Below, in pieces: positions 9,158-18,096 of a stretch of DNA of 64,000 nucleotides (position 1 is the stretch's first letter; each line of letters starts with the position of its first letter). The DNA comes from Candidatus Latescibacterota bacterium (lineage in GTDB: Bacteria; Latescibacterota; UBA2968; UBA8231). The notes under the pieces are model-generated. The model searched no databases. It was given only the letters and a program-made list of their open reading frames with translations, and was not told the origin of the DNA. The stretch covers positions 2,688,001-2,752,000 of the forward strand of contig OZ241889.1 in NCBI GenBank assembly GCA_965203355.1, read 5' to 3'. The position numbers and the translations under genes were made by a program.

Positions 9158-11623
9158 ATGCGAGACTATACCATGCACATACTTGCCCTGGCCCTACTGC
9201 TGCCTGGTGGGGCTTACGCCGAGTTCCTCTCCTTCGACAGCCAAGCCGCTTGGGAAGCCAACTGGTCGCTCAAGCCCCAGTTAAACGTCTTCACGCCGGA
9301 GGGGCACTTGGGGTTGATCAAGTTTCGCAAGGACATTAACGCCACGCTCGACGCCCACCGCTTTGTCCACCCAACCAATGAACGCGGTGATGTGGCCGGT
9401 GGCATCTGGTCGGCGCTGAGCAACCCCAACGCCGCCCCCCGGATCATCGACGGGGATACCGCCACCTTTTGGCAGCCAGTCGGCAGCGATCCGCTCGACA
9501 CGTGGATCGTGCAAATCGACTTGGGCCGTGCGGTACTGGCCAAAGAGATCCGCATCCACTTCCCCGACCAAGAGGGGGCCAAACCCTTCCGCCAGTTTAG
9601 CGTTTTCGCCTCTACCGGTGCTCACGTGGCGGCCTTAGAGGACGTATATCGCTTTGCACCGGTCTATCGCACAACCCAACCCAACTTGGATACGTATGTC
9701 AGCTTTGGGTTCAAGTCGGCCGTGGAGGATACCACCCGCGCCGTGGAGCAACTGAGCGACACTGGAGGCAGCGCGGACTTTTCCGCCCCGGAGTTTACCG
9801 GCGACGCCAACACCGCCACCACCGGCGGCCGCAACAAGGCGGTGGCGACCGGCCAAGCCGATTCACGAGTGGACGCTAACGCTAGGTGGCAGATGATCCA
9901 GTTCGTCCGCTTTCTCGTCGATGAGCACCAGCTCGACGGTGCGCTCGCCGAAATCGAGGTCATTGCCGTCGGCGACAATATCAGCCTTGGGGTCGAGGAA
10001 AAGGGGGGCACGTACATCAATGGATCGCGGGCGACCGACCCCTTCTTTTGGCTCGACGGCAACCTCAATACGTACGGGGTCATTGAGGTGCATCAACAGT
10101 TTACCGAGTCGCGCGGCACGGCCTTTGAAGGGGGCTTGTGGTGGCAGGTAGATCTGGGGGCGACCTACTGGGTTGACGATGCCTTCGTCTATTGGCAAAA
10201 GGCCGGCGAGCGCCTCGCCGATTTCCGCTTGGGGACCAACAACGCCGGCACGGGGTACACCTTTTTCTCTTCTGACGGCACCGAGACCCTGACCGGAGAC
10301 TTTGACTTTGATACGTGGATTTTTGAACCGGAGTGGACCAATGCCCGCGAGCAATACAAGCGGCACTACCGGTATTTGTTCAACCCGCGCAAGGTGCGGC
10401 ACATCTTCTGGCTGGCCCTGCACGACTTGGGTTGGCGCGCCCATCCCATGGAACTACAGATGTTCTCCCCGGGGTATCCAGCCGAAGTTGTGATCCAATC
10501 GAACTTTTTGGATCTGAGTGTGCTCGCGGGCGACGGGCAGCCCAAGGTGATCAAGGCACTCCACTACGACGCCGACCTGCCACCCAATACCCAGATCGAG
10601 CTGCGCTCCCGCTCGGGCAACGCAATGGGCGAGGTGTACACCTTTCACAACAAGATCGGCGAGGTAGTAACCGAGGAGAAGTGGAAAAGCTCTCCCAAGG
10701 TGCTGCGGGGCCGAGTGGATACCTCGGTCGTCGTCGGGGAGGATTGGAGCGAGTGGAGCAACGTGTACAAGCTGTCGGGGGAGCCTTTTAAGTCGGACTC
10801 GCCGCGCAAATTCGCCCAGTTAGCGCTGGTTATGAGCACGGAAGATCCCGAGGTGGCTCCCACAGTGCGCTCCGTCGAGTTGGAATTCGTCGATGCGCTG
10901 GTCAACGAGGCGCGCGGGTCGATTTTGCCGCGCCAAGCTAAGCCCAACGAAGCTACCCGTTTCACGTATAAGCTGTGGCCGTCCGTGGTCGCGGACAACA
11001 AGGGTTTTGACCGCCTGCGCTTGGTCGTGCCCGACTTGGTACGGGCCGATGAAGTCGAGGTGACCGTCGCTGGTCAGGTGGTGGCGCCGATGGCTATGGG
11101 CCTTGCCGCCGATTCGCTGTTGATCGACTTGCCGCAGGTCGTACAAGGGGACTCCGTGCAGGTCGCCTTCACCACGCGGTTGGTGCGGAACGCCGCCGTC
11201 GTCGAGGCCGATCTCGGGCTGAGCGACGCGCCCGGCCTGTGGCAAGATGTCGAGCCAGCCGAGCGTCGATCTAACGTGGTGCTGTTGCCCGAGCTGGCCG
11301 ACAGCGAGCGCTTGATGGGCGACTTGCAGCTTTCGAGCCGAGTGCTCACGCCCAATGGCGATGGGGTCAACGACGCGGTGGAACTGAGCTTCGTCGTCTT
11401 CAAGGCCCAAGATGCGGTGCCCCTGGTTGAGGTGCGCGACTTGGTCGGCCGGCCCGTGGCCCAGTTGACGCCGGTCTCAGAGGGGCCGACCCGCCGCTTT
11501 ACGTGGAATGGCCAAGATGCGGCCGGTGCCACCGTGCCGCCGGGCATCTATCTCTGGCGCATAGACGCAAACGCAGACTCAGGGGATACCATTGAGCTGC
11601 GCGTCGTCGAGGTGGCCTACTAA
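9158..11623 (+). CDS. Secreted protein with two discoidin(F5/8C)-like segments and FlgD-Ig/type B-like CTD
   Basis: Start moved to ATG 9158 after GAGGAG. Signal peptide. IIDGDTATFW...IDLG and WWQVDLG motifs. LTPNGDGVND...WNGQD...PPGIY...EVAY. Confidence 0.8.
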   Translation: MRDYTMHILALALLLPGGAYAEFLSFDSQAAWEANWSLKPQLNVFTPEGHLGLIKFRKDINATLDAHRFVHPTNERGDVAGGIWSALSNPNAAPRIIDGDTATFWQPVGSDPLDTWIVQIDLGRAVLAKEIRIHFPDQEGAKPFRQFSVFASTGAHVAALEDVYRFAPVYRTTQPNLDTYVSFGFKSAVEDTTRAVEQLSDTGGSADFSAPEFTGDANTATTGGRNKAVATGQADSRVDANARWQMIQFVRFLVDEHQLDGALAEIEVIAVGDNISLGVEEKGGTYINGSRATDPFFWLDGNLNTYGVIEVHQQFTESRGTAFEGGLWWQVDLGATYWVDDAFVYWQKAGERLADFRLGTNNAGTGYTFFSSDGTETLTGDFDFDTWIFEPEWTNAREQYKRHYRYLFNPRKVRHIFWLALHDLGWRAHPMELQMFSPGYPAEVVIQSNFLDLSVLAGDGQPKVIKALHYDADLPPNTQIELRSRSGNAMGEVYTFHNKIGEVVTEEKWKSSPKVLRGRVDTSVVVGEDWSEWSNVYKLSGEPFKSDSPRKFAQLALVMSTEDPEVAPTVRSVELEFVDALVNEARGSILPRQAKPNEATRFTYKLWPSVVADNKGFDRLRLVVPDLVRADEVEVTVAGQVVAPMAMGLAADSLLIDLPQVVQGDSVQVAFTTRLVRNAAVVEADLGLSDAPGLWQDVEPAERRSNVVLLPELADSERLMGDLQLSSRVLTPNGDGVNDAVELSFVVFKAQDAVPLVEVRDLVGRPVAQLTPVSEGPTRRFTWNGQDAAGATVPPGIYLWRIDANADSGDTIELRVVEVAY

Positions 11624-11637
11624 CAGGTTAGAGCCGT

Positions 11638-13992
11638 ATGATGCAGAGGAAATACCGGATTTGCTACGTGTTCGCGGCCCTGTTCATCTGTGGTGCGAGC
11701 CGGGCCGAGGAAATCCGCTTCGATACCCCGGCCGAATGGGCGACTTGGGAAGTTCCGGTCGACATCGTCCAGTTTGCCGCCGACGGCTCGCTGGAACTGA
11801 GGAAATTCCGCAAGGAGATCAACGCGGCCCTCAATGCCCATCTCTTCACCCAACCCACCCAGAAGCGCGGCGAAATCACGGGCGGGATCTGGCAGGTCGG
11901 CTCCAATCCGACGACGGCCCGGCGCATCATGGACGGAGACCAGGCGACCGTGTGGCAGCCCAGTCAAGCCGACGACTTGGTCGATTGGGTCGTGACCATC
12001 GACTTGGGGCGTCCCGTGCTAGCCGAGCGCATTCGCTTGGTGTTCCCCGATCGTGTGGGAGCGCGTCCTTGGCGACAATTCAGTGTTTTCACGGCCAATG
12101 GTGCGCGGATCCAGGCTACGGACGATGTCTTCAAGTTCGACCAAGCCTTTCAGACGACCCAGCCCAATCGAGAGCAGGTCGTCGATATCGAGTTAATCGG
12201 CGAGCGCGACGTAACGCGGGTTATCGACGAAAACCTCGGGCTGGAACCCGCCGCGCTGAATACCTTCCGCATGGTGCGCTTTGTGCGCGTGCGTGCCGAC
12301 GAAAAGAGCCCTGACGCGGCTTTGGCCGAGGTGGAAGTGATCGCCGCGGGCGACAACATAAGCCTCGGCGTGTTGGCACGCGGGGGCCGCTTTGACAACG
12401 GACTTTTGGCGCGCGAACCCCAGAACATGTTCGATGGCATCACCGACACGTACGGCAATATATTCACCGTCCAGAGCAAGGGCGGCTGGCGCGAGAGTGG
12501 GGTGTGGTGGTCGGTCGATTTAGGTGCGTTGTTTTGGCTCGACGAGGCCTTCATTTACTGGCAGAATCGCGGCGAGGGCCAGTCGAGCTTCCTGTTCGAG
12601 GGATTGCAGGCTGGCACCGGCTATCAAATCCTCTTTTCCGATGGGCGGCGCACCATTGCCGGCGACATCGACTACGCCCCCCTGATTTTCGAGCCGGCGC
12701 CGGTTAGCACCGCCGAGCGGAACTTGCGCCGCCACCGCTACGTGTTTGCGCCGCGCAAGATCCGCTACTTGTTCTGGCATTCGCTGACGGATACAGGTTG
12801 GTTTTCCCACCCCATGGAGTTGATGCTGTTCTCGCCGGGCTACCCGGCGCAGGTGGTGTTGCTCTCGGACTTTATCGACCTCGGCCAACTCGCTGGCGAT
12901 GGTCGCGCCAAGGCCATCAAGCACTTGCGCTGGGAGGCGACCACGCCGGAACAGACGCGATTGCAGGTGCGTTCGCGGTCGGGCAACACCCTCCGAGAGT
13001 TCTACACGTTCTACGACAAAAAGGGCGATGAAGTCACCGAGACGCGCTACAATAGCCTGCCCAAAGTCATCCGCGGCCCCATCGACACCATGGTCGTCGT
13101 CGGGGCCGATTGGGGTGCGTGGAGCAATTTTTACCAGTTTTCCGGCGAAGCGTTTAAGTCGGAGACGCCGCGCCGTTTTATTCAACTGGAGCTGATTCTC
13201 TCCACCGAGGATCCGGCTGTCGCACCGGTGCTGCACGCGCTGGCACTGGATTTTGAGGATGCGTTGGTCGCCCAAGCCGCCGGGCAGATTGCGCCGCGTC
13301 AGGCCGTGCCCAACGAGACGACGCGGTTTACCTATACGCTGCGGACGAATGCGACCGAAGGCGATTCGGGCTTTGATCGGCTGCGCTTTTCGACGCCGAG
13401 TGCCGTGGATGCGGCGGCGGTGCGGCTGCGGGTCGGCGGTGCGGAACGCGCGGCGAGCGCGGTGCGCCTGGAGGGCGATTCGCTGCTTTTTGTCGATTTG
13501 CCGGAGGTGGTGCGGACGGATTCTGTCGCCGTGGAGTTTACCGCGAAGGTGCTGCACAATGCCACGGTCTTTGCCGTCGACTTAGGGCAGTCAGCGCGTC
13601 CCGATTTGTGGCAGTCAGTCGAGGCGACCGAGCGGCAAGCGAACGTGGTATTTTTGCCGGACTTACCCGGCAGCCAGCGGCTGATCGGCGATTTGCAGGT
13701 TGCGCCGTCGGTGTTTTCGCCCAACGGCGATGGGGTCAACGACCGCGTGCAGATCCGCTTTGCGCTGTTCAAGGCGGTGAATGCCACGCCGAGTGTGCGC
13801 ATCTTCGACTTGGCGGGTCGAGAAGTGGCGGAGCTTGTGTCGTCTGGTGGCGATGTGTTGCAGTCGTTTAGTTGGGGCGGGCTGGATGCGTCGGGTGCTC
13901 GGGTGATGCCGGGCGTGTACGTATGCCGCATTGACGCGGGAGCCGATGCCGGGCAGGGGGAAGTAATTCGCACCATAGCCGTAGCCTATTGA
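11638..13992 (+). CDS. Secreted protein, full-length paralog of 9158..11623
   Basis: Shares KFRKxINAxLxAH, IDLGR.VLA, HPMEL..FSPGYPA, RSRSGN, FSPNGDGVND and terminal VAY with the upstream gene. Confidence 0.8.
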   Translation: MMQRKYRICYVFAALFICGASRAEEIRFDTPAEWATWEVPVDIVQFAADGSLELRKFRKEINAALNAHLFTQPTQKRGEITGGIWQVGSNPTTARRIMDGDQATVWQPSQADDLVDWVVTIDLGRPVLAERIRLVFPDRVGARPWRQFSVFTANGARIQATDDVFKFDQAFQTTQPNREQVVDIELIGERDVTRVIDENLGLEPAALNTFRMVRFVRVRADEKSPDAALAEVEVIAAGDNISLGVLARGGRFDNGLLAREPQNMFDGITDTYGNIFTVQSKGGWRESGVWWSVDLGALFWLDEAFIYWQNRGEGQSSFLFEGLQAGTGYQILFSDGRRTIAGDIDYAPLIFEPAPVSTAERNLRRHRYVFAPRKIRYLFWHSLTDTGWFSHPMELMLFSPGYPAQVVLLSDFIDLGQLAGDGRAKAIKHLRWEATTPEQTRLQVRSRSGNTLREFYTFYDKKGDEVTETRYNSLPKVIRGPIDTMVVVGADWGAWSNFYQFSGEAFKSETPRRFIQLELILSTEDPAVAPVLHALALDFEDALVAQAAGQIAPRQAVPNETTRFTYTLRTNATEGDSGFDRLRFSTPSAVDAAAVRLRVGGAERAASAVRLEGDSLLFVDLPEVVRTDSVAVEFTAKVLHNATVFAVDLGQSARPDLWQSVEATERQANVVFLPDLPGSQRLIGDLQVAPSVFSPNGDGVNDRVQIRFALFKAVNATPSVRIFDLAGREVAELVSSGGDVLQSFSWGGLDASGARVMPGVYVCRIDAGADAGQGEVIRTIAVAY

Positions 13993-13998
13993 GGGGGC

Positions 13999-15873
13999 AT
14001 GACTGTCGCTCCAGCCGTGTACCGCGATCAAAAGTGGATCATCTCGCCCTTTGGCGACCTGTTCCTTTTTATTGGTACGCCCCTTTTGTGCTTGGTGACC
14101 ATGCTGCCATTGCGGGCCGTGTTCGACTCTCAGACCATCGCCTTCTACGCGCTGGCCCTGTTTGCCACCGGCCATCACCTGCCGGGCTTTATGCGCGCAT
14201 ACGGCGACCCGGAGCTATTTAGCACCTTCAAAGAGAAGTTCATCGTCGCGCCCGTTGTCGTGCTCTTCGTGACGGTGCTGGCGCAGTTCAATACCTTGCA
14301 CGGGCTTTTTCTGATGGTGCTAGTGTGGGAGATCTGGCACCTGTTTATGCAGCATTACGGCATCATGCGAATCTACGATGCCAAAAACAAGATTTTCTCC
14401 CGGCTCGACGCCCGGCTCGACTGGCTGTTGACCTTGTGTGCCTTTGCAACAGTCGTAGTCTATAGCCCCGAATACTTCCACCGCATCCTCGATCACAATC
14501 AGCGGGTCGGCGTACCCTTCCTGTCGGCCGAGTTGACGTTCCTGCTCAAAAAGGTGCTGTTCTATGTTGCGATGGCTGTGCTCGCGGCGTACTGGGCCAA
14601 TATCGTCCGGCGGGCGATTACCGGTCAGAAGATAAGCCTGCCCAAGATCGCGGTCATGGCGACCACGGTGTTCATCATCTACTACGGCTGGATACATATC
14701 AACGACCTCGTCATCGGCTACGCGGCCTTTGCCGTTTTCCACGATATCCAGTACTTCGCCATCGTCTGGGTCTATAACAACAACCTCGTCAAAAGGCAGG
14801 AGCGCACCACCAAGCTCCTGCGCACTTTTTTCACCACGCGCACCTTGCCGATCTTGGTCGCGTATGTGCTGGTCTGCTTTGCCTACGGCAGCATCAACAT
14901 GATGGAAGGCTTCCTCAAGTCCGAGCAGGCGATCAAAATGGTCGAGGTTTTCGTCATCACCTCGACGCTTTTGCACTACTATTTCGACGGATTCATCTGG
15001 AAGATCCGCGACCGCAAAAATCAAGCCAATTTGGGGATCCATACCGAGGAAGGGGCCAATCGCATTGGCTTGCAGACCTTGCCGAGCGGCTTGGTATCGT
15101 ACGTCCGCGAAACGGGCCGACAACTAGCCTATTTCGCGGTGCCGGTGGTGGTGCTATCGCTTTTTCAGTTTTACTGGACGGCCGACGAGGCCGAGGCGCG
15201 GGAGAAGATGGTCGAATTGTTCCCGGACTTGGCCGGTGCCCACAACAACCTCGGCGTCTTCTATGCGCGGCAGGGCGATTGGGAAAAGGCCGCTGGCGAG
15301 TATCAGCGGGCGCTTGCGTTGGATGCGGGGGCCTATGAAGCGCACAAGAACCTCGGCCTACTCTATGCGCGCCAGGGTGTGCTCGACAAGGCGCATTTGC
15401 ACTACCAACAGGCGATTGACCACAAGCCACGCTACGTCGAAGCACTCAACGCGCAGGGATTGGTACTTTTGCAGCGGGGCGAGTTCGCCAAGGCCGAGGA
15501 ACGCTTCCGCGCGGCCCTCGACGAGTTCGACTATGCGCCAGCGTACAACAACCTCGGCACGGCCTATTTGCAGATGGAAAACGTGCCAGCGGCGCTCGAT
15601 GCCTACCAAAAGGCCGTCGCGCTCAACCGGACCGACGCTTCGCACCACTTCAACTTGGGGTTGGCCTATCAGAAGGCCGGAGAGAACGAGCCGGCCGTCG
15701 CCGCGTTTGCCGCGGCCCTTTCTTTAGAGCCGCGCCACGTCAAAGCCTATTTGAGTATGGCGCTTTCCTACCAGCGGCTGGGCCACATTGCTGCGGCGCG
15801 GCAGGCGTTGCAGCAACTCTTGGCGGTAGAGCCGAATCACGCCACGGCCGCGCGGCTGTTGGCCCGGCTATGA
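13999..15873 (+). CDS. Polytopic membrane protein with conserved His motifs fused to C-terminal TPR repeats
   Basis: About 9-10 hydrophobic segments carrying GHH, WHxxxQH, FHDxQY and LHYYFDG motifs, then about 6 TPRs (AHNNLG, AYNNLG). Confidence 0.8.
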   Translation: MTVAPAVYRDQKWIISPFGDLFLFIGTPLLCLVTMLPLRAVFDSQTIAFYALALFATGHHLPGFMRAYGDPELFSTFKEKFIVAPVVVLFVTVLAQFNTLHGLFLMVLVWEIWHLFMQHYGIMRIYDAKNKIFSRLDARLDWLLTLCAFATVVVYSPEYFHRILDHNQRVGVPFLSAELTFLLKKVLFYVAMAVLAAYWANIVRRAITGQKISLPKIAVMATTVFIIYYGWIHINDLVIGYAAFAVFHDIQYFAIVWVYNNNLVKRQERTTKLLRTFFTTRTLPILVAYVLVCFAYGSINMMEGFLKSEQAIKMVEVFVITSTLLHYYFDGFIWKIRDRKNQANLGIHTEEGANRIGLQTLPSGLVSYVRETGRQLAYFAVPVVVLSLFQFYWTADEAEAREKMVELFPDLAGAHNNLGVFYARQGDWEKAAGEYQRALALDAGAYEAHKNLGLLYARQGVLDKAHLHYQQAIDHKPRYVEALNAQGLVLLQRGEFAKAEERFRAALDEFDYAPAYNNLGTAYLQMENVPAALDAYQKAVALNRTDASHHFNLGLAYQKAGENEPAVAAFAAALSLEPRHVKAYLSMALSYQRLGHIAAARQALQQLLAVEPNHATAARLLARL

Positions 15874-15884
15874 GCGGTGCGGCG

Positions 15885-18059
15885 CTAGTGGCTGTGCGCA
15901 CCCGGTCCCTCGGTGGCTAGCGCGAGGGACTCGACGGCCAAGTGCTCCAAGGTCGCGGCGTCCTCGCGGACTCGATACACTTGATTGACCGGCACGTTGG
16001 TAAAGGTTTGCACTGTGCCCGACGGCCAGTGCAAAATTAGCGCGTCGAGTACCGCCGCTTCCCCCAGCCCTATTTCCTGTTGTAAGGTCGAGGCCCCAAA
16101 ACTCGCGCCCGTGCCAGCGAGGGCGTGGATCGTCCGCGCCGCCGTGCGGGCCTGAATCCGCGTCCCGACCCCGGCTCGATTCGATTTAGTCCCTTCCAGC
16201 TTGAGGGTGATCCAATGGTTGCCGTGTCCGGGGTTTTCAAAGAGCACATTGGTGTACACGTCTCCCGAATAGGCTCCGCCGATCACCGCGTAGATATCCT
16301 GATCGCCGTCGTTGTCAATATCGCCGAAGGCCACGCCATGCCCTTTTTGCAGGTGCCCGAAGCCGCCGGAAGTAGTTACATCCTCGAAGCGCTGTCCAGC
16401 GGCGTTGCGGAACATGCGGTTGGGCATTAGCGAGCGGTAGTCCGGGTCGCCGGTGCCAGCATAGAAGTCGAGCCAGCCGTCGTTGTCGAGGTCGCCGAAG
16501 TTACAGCCCATTGTATAGAGGACTTTGTCGCTGTGGGTCTGTCCGGCCAGGTCGGCGAAGGTGCCGTCGCCTTGGTTGCGGTAGAGGCGCGGCGGCTCGC
16601 CTTTGTGCGGCAGGCCCATGTAGTCAGCGGCGATGTCGCCAGCGTCGGCCTTGTAGCCGGAGACGAACAGGTCGAGCCAGCCGTCGTTGTCGTAATCCCA
16701 AAACCACACTGGAAAGCTAAACGTCGGCTGCCGTACGCCAGCGCGGGCGGTTATGTCGGAGAAACGCCATTGGCCATTGGCGTCTGGGCCGTCGTTGCGG
16801 AAGAGCAGGTTGGGTTGTCCGAGGCGGGAGATGTAGAGGTCCGGGCGGCGGTCGTTGTCAATATCGCCCCAGGCCACCCCTTTGACGAAACCCTCGACCG
16901 CCAAGCCGACTTGGGCCGCTACGTCGGCGAAGGTGCCGTCGCCTTGGTTGCGGAATAACTCGCAGGGATGGCGTGCTTGGGCCGAGGATTCGTTGCCCAC
17001 GAATAGGTCGAGCCAACCGTCGTTGTCGAAGTCGGCCCAAGCCGCGGTCTGCGTTGGGTGCAACGTGAGCAGCCCAGCCGCCTCGGTTACGTCGGCGAAG
17101 GTGCCGTCGCCTTGATTGTGCAATAGCGAGTTGGGATGGAGGCCGTCGGCACCAAACCAGCCACCGCGCAGGACTAGCACATCGGCGAAGCCATCGTTGT
17201 CAAAATCCGTCTGCACGGCATTAAGGCCGCCGACTAGGCCGGTCAAGCCAGCCGCCGCGGTGCGCTCGGCGAAAGTACCGTCGCCTTGGTTGCGGAAGTA
17301 GCGCAGTGGATCGTCGAGGCCCCAAGAAGTGGCGATGATGTCGAGGAAGCCGTCGTTGTCAAAGTCTTCCATAATGCCGCTGCCGGCCAAGCCGAGGACA
17401 TTCAACCCTAGCGCGGGTGCCCGGTCGGGAAAGGGGCCGATATCGGCGTCAGCGGCGAATACTTCCGGGGGAATGAGCTGGGCGGCTGGTACTTGGTGCG
17501 GGTACTCGCCTACGGTCATATAGGCGATGTTGAGCAACCAGCGCGAAGTCAGGTCGTAGGGGGTCTTTGCCAGAATGGCTCGGTAGTAAGCGATGGCCGC
17601 ACGCGATCCCTCTTGTGCCTGGTGAACTCCTGCGGCCGCGATGGGCAGCAGGCAGGAAGCGAGGTTGTGGTCGTCAAGGCAGTTTTGCTGCTCGCCGAGT
17701 CGCAAATAGGCGAGGGCGGTCAGCTCGGCAAGGCTCGGTCGAGTGCGGAAGCGGTGGACGTCGGCTTGCTCGTACACCTGCTCGAACAGGGCGGCCGCCT
17801 CGGCCGAGGCGCCGGCGCGCAACAACTCTTTGGCTAGCTCGACCTGTCGGCTGAGTTGTTGGACGGGATCGTCTGGCGCGGGCTGGCGGCGCAGCCAGTC
17901 AACGCGGCGTTGGCTCAGATAAATGTTGTCCTCGGCGTTGGCCTGAGCGGCGAGGGCGGCGAGTTGCTCGGCCATGCGTTGCGTGCCCGGGGCTTGGTAG
18001 GGATCGGCCGTGCAACTGGCTAACGAGAGGGCCAAGAGGAAAGTGGCGCAGGGATTCAT
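15885..18059 (-). CDS. CRTAC1/ASPIC-UnbV family lipoprotein with N-terminal helical region
   Basis: Lipobox SLASC. Many DFDNDGxLD and FRNQGDGTF repeats. C-terminal SFGASTLQQEIGLG...HWPSG. Confidence 0.9.
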   Translation of the reverse strand: MNPCATFLLALSLASCTADPYQAPGTQRMAEQLAALAAQANAEDNIYLSQRRVDWLRRQPAPDDPVQQLSRQVELAKELLRAGASAEAAALFEQVYEQADVHRFRTRPSLAELTALAYLRLGEQQNCLDDHNLASCLLPIAAAGVHQAQEGSRAAIAYYRAILAKTPYDLTSRWLLNIAYMTVGEYPHQVPAAQLIPPEVFAADADIGPFPDRAPALGLNVLGLAGSGIMEDFDNDGFLDIIATSWGLDDPLRYFRNQGDGTFAERTAAAGLTGLVGGLNAVQTDFDNDGFADVLVLRGGWFGADGLHPNSLLHNQGDGTFADVTEAAGLLTLHPTQTAAWADFDNDGWLDLFVGNESSAQARHPCELFRNQGDGTFADVAAQVGLAVEGFVKGVAWGDIDNDRRPDLYISRLGQPNLLFRNDGPDANGQWRFSDITARAGVRQPTFSFPVWFWDYDNDGWLDLFVSGYKADAGDIAADYMGLPHKGEPPRLYRNQGDGTFADLAGQTHSDKVLYTMGCNFGDLDNDGWLDFYAGTGDPDYRSLMPNRMFRNAAGQRFEDVTTSGGFGHLQKGHGVAFGDIDNDGDQDIYAVIGGAYSGDVYTNVLFENPGHGNHWITLKLEGTKSNRAGVGTRIQARTAARTIHALAGTGASFGASTLQQEIGLGEAAVLDALILHWPSGTVQTFTNVPVNQVYRVREDAATLEHLAVESLALATEGPGAHSH

Positions 18060-18096
18060 AGGGGGTGATCGCGTCGGCAGAGTACTCCGCTGGCTT

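Noticed and set aside
12520-13557. Long antisense or alternate-frame ORFs (also 21780..22784, 21829..22839, 34952..36121)
   Set aside because: Shadow ORFs of GC-rich genes; they overlap well-supported CDSs and show no recognisable motifs.
535-18059. Recurrent GACxxCGACGGCGAC and CGAAGGTGCCGTCGCCTTG DNA repeats
   Set aside because: Explained by FG-GAP protein repeats (DxDxDG, NQGDGTF) in the CRTAC1-family genes.
15885-18059. UnbV genes as a sign of an enediyne biosynthetic cluster
   Set aside because: No enediyne PKS or thioesterase nearby; ASPIC/UnbV proteins are widespread outside such clusters.
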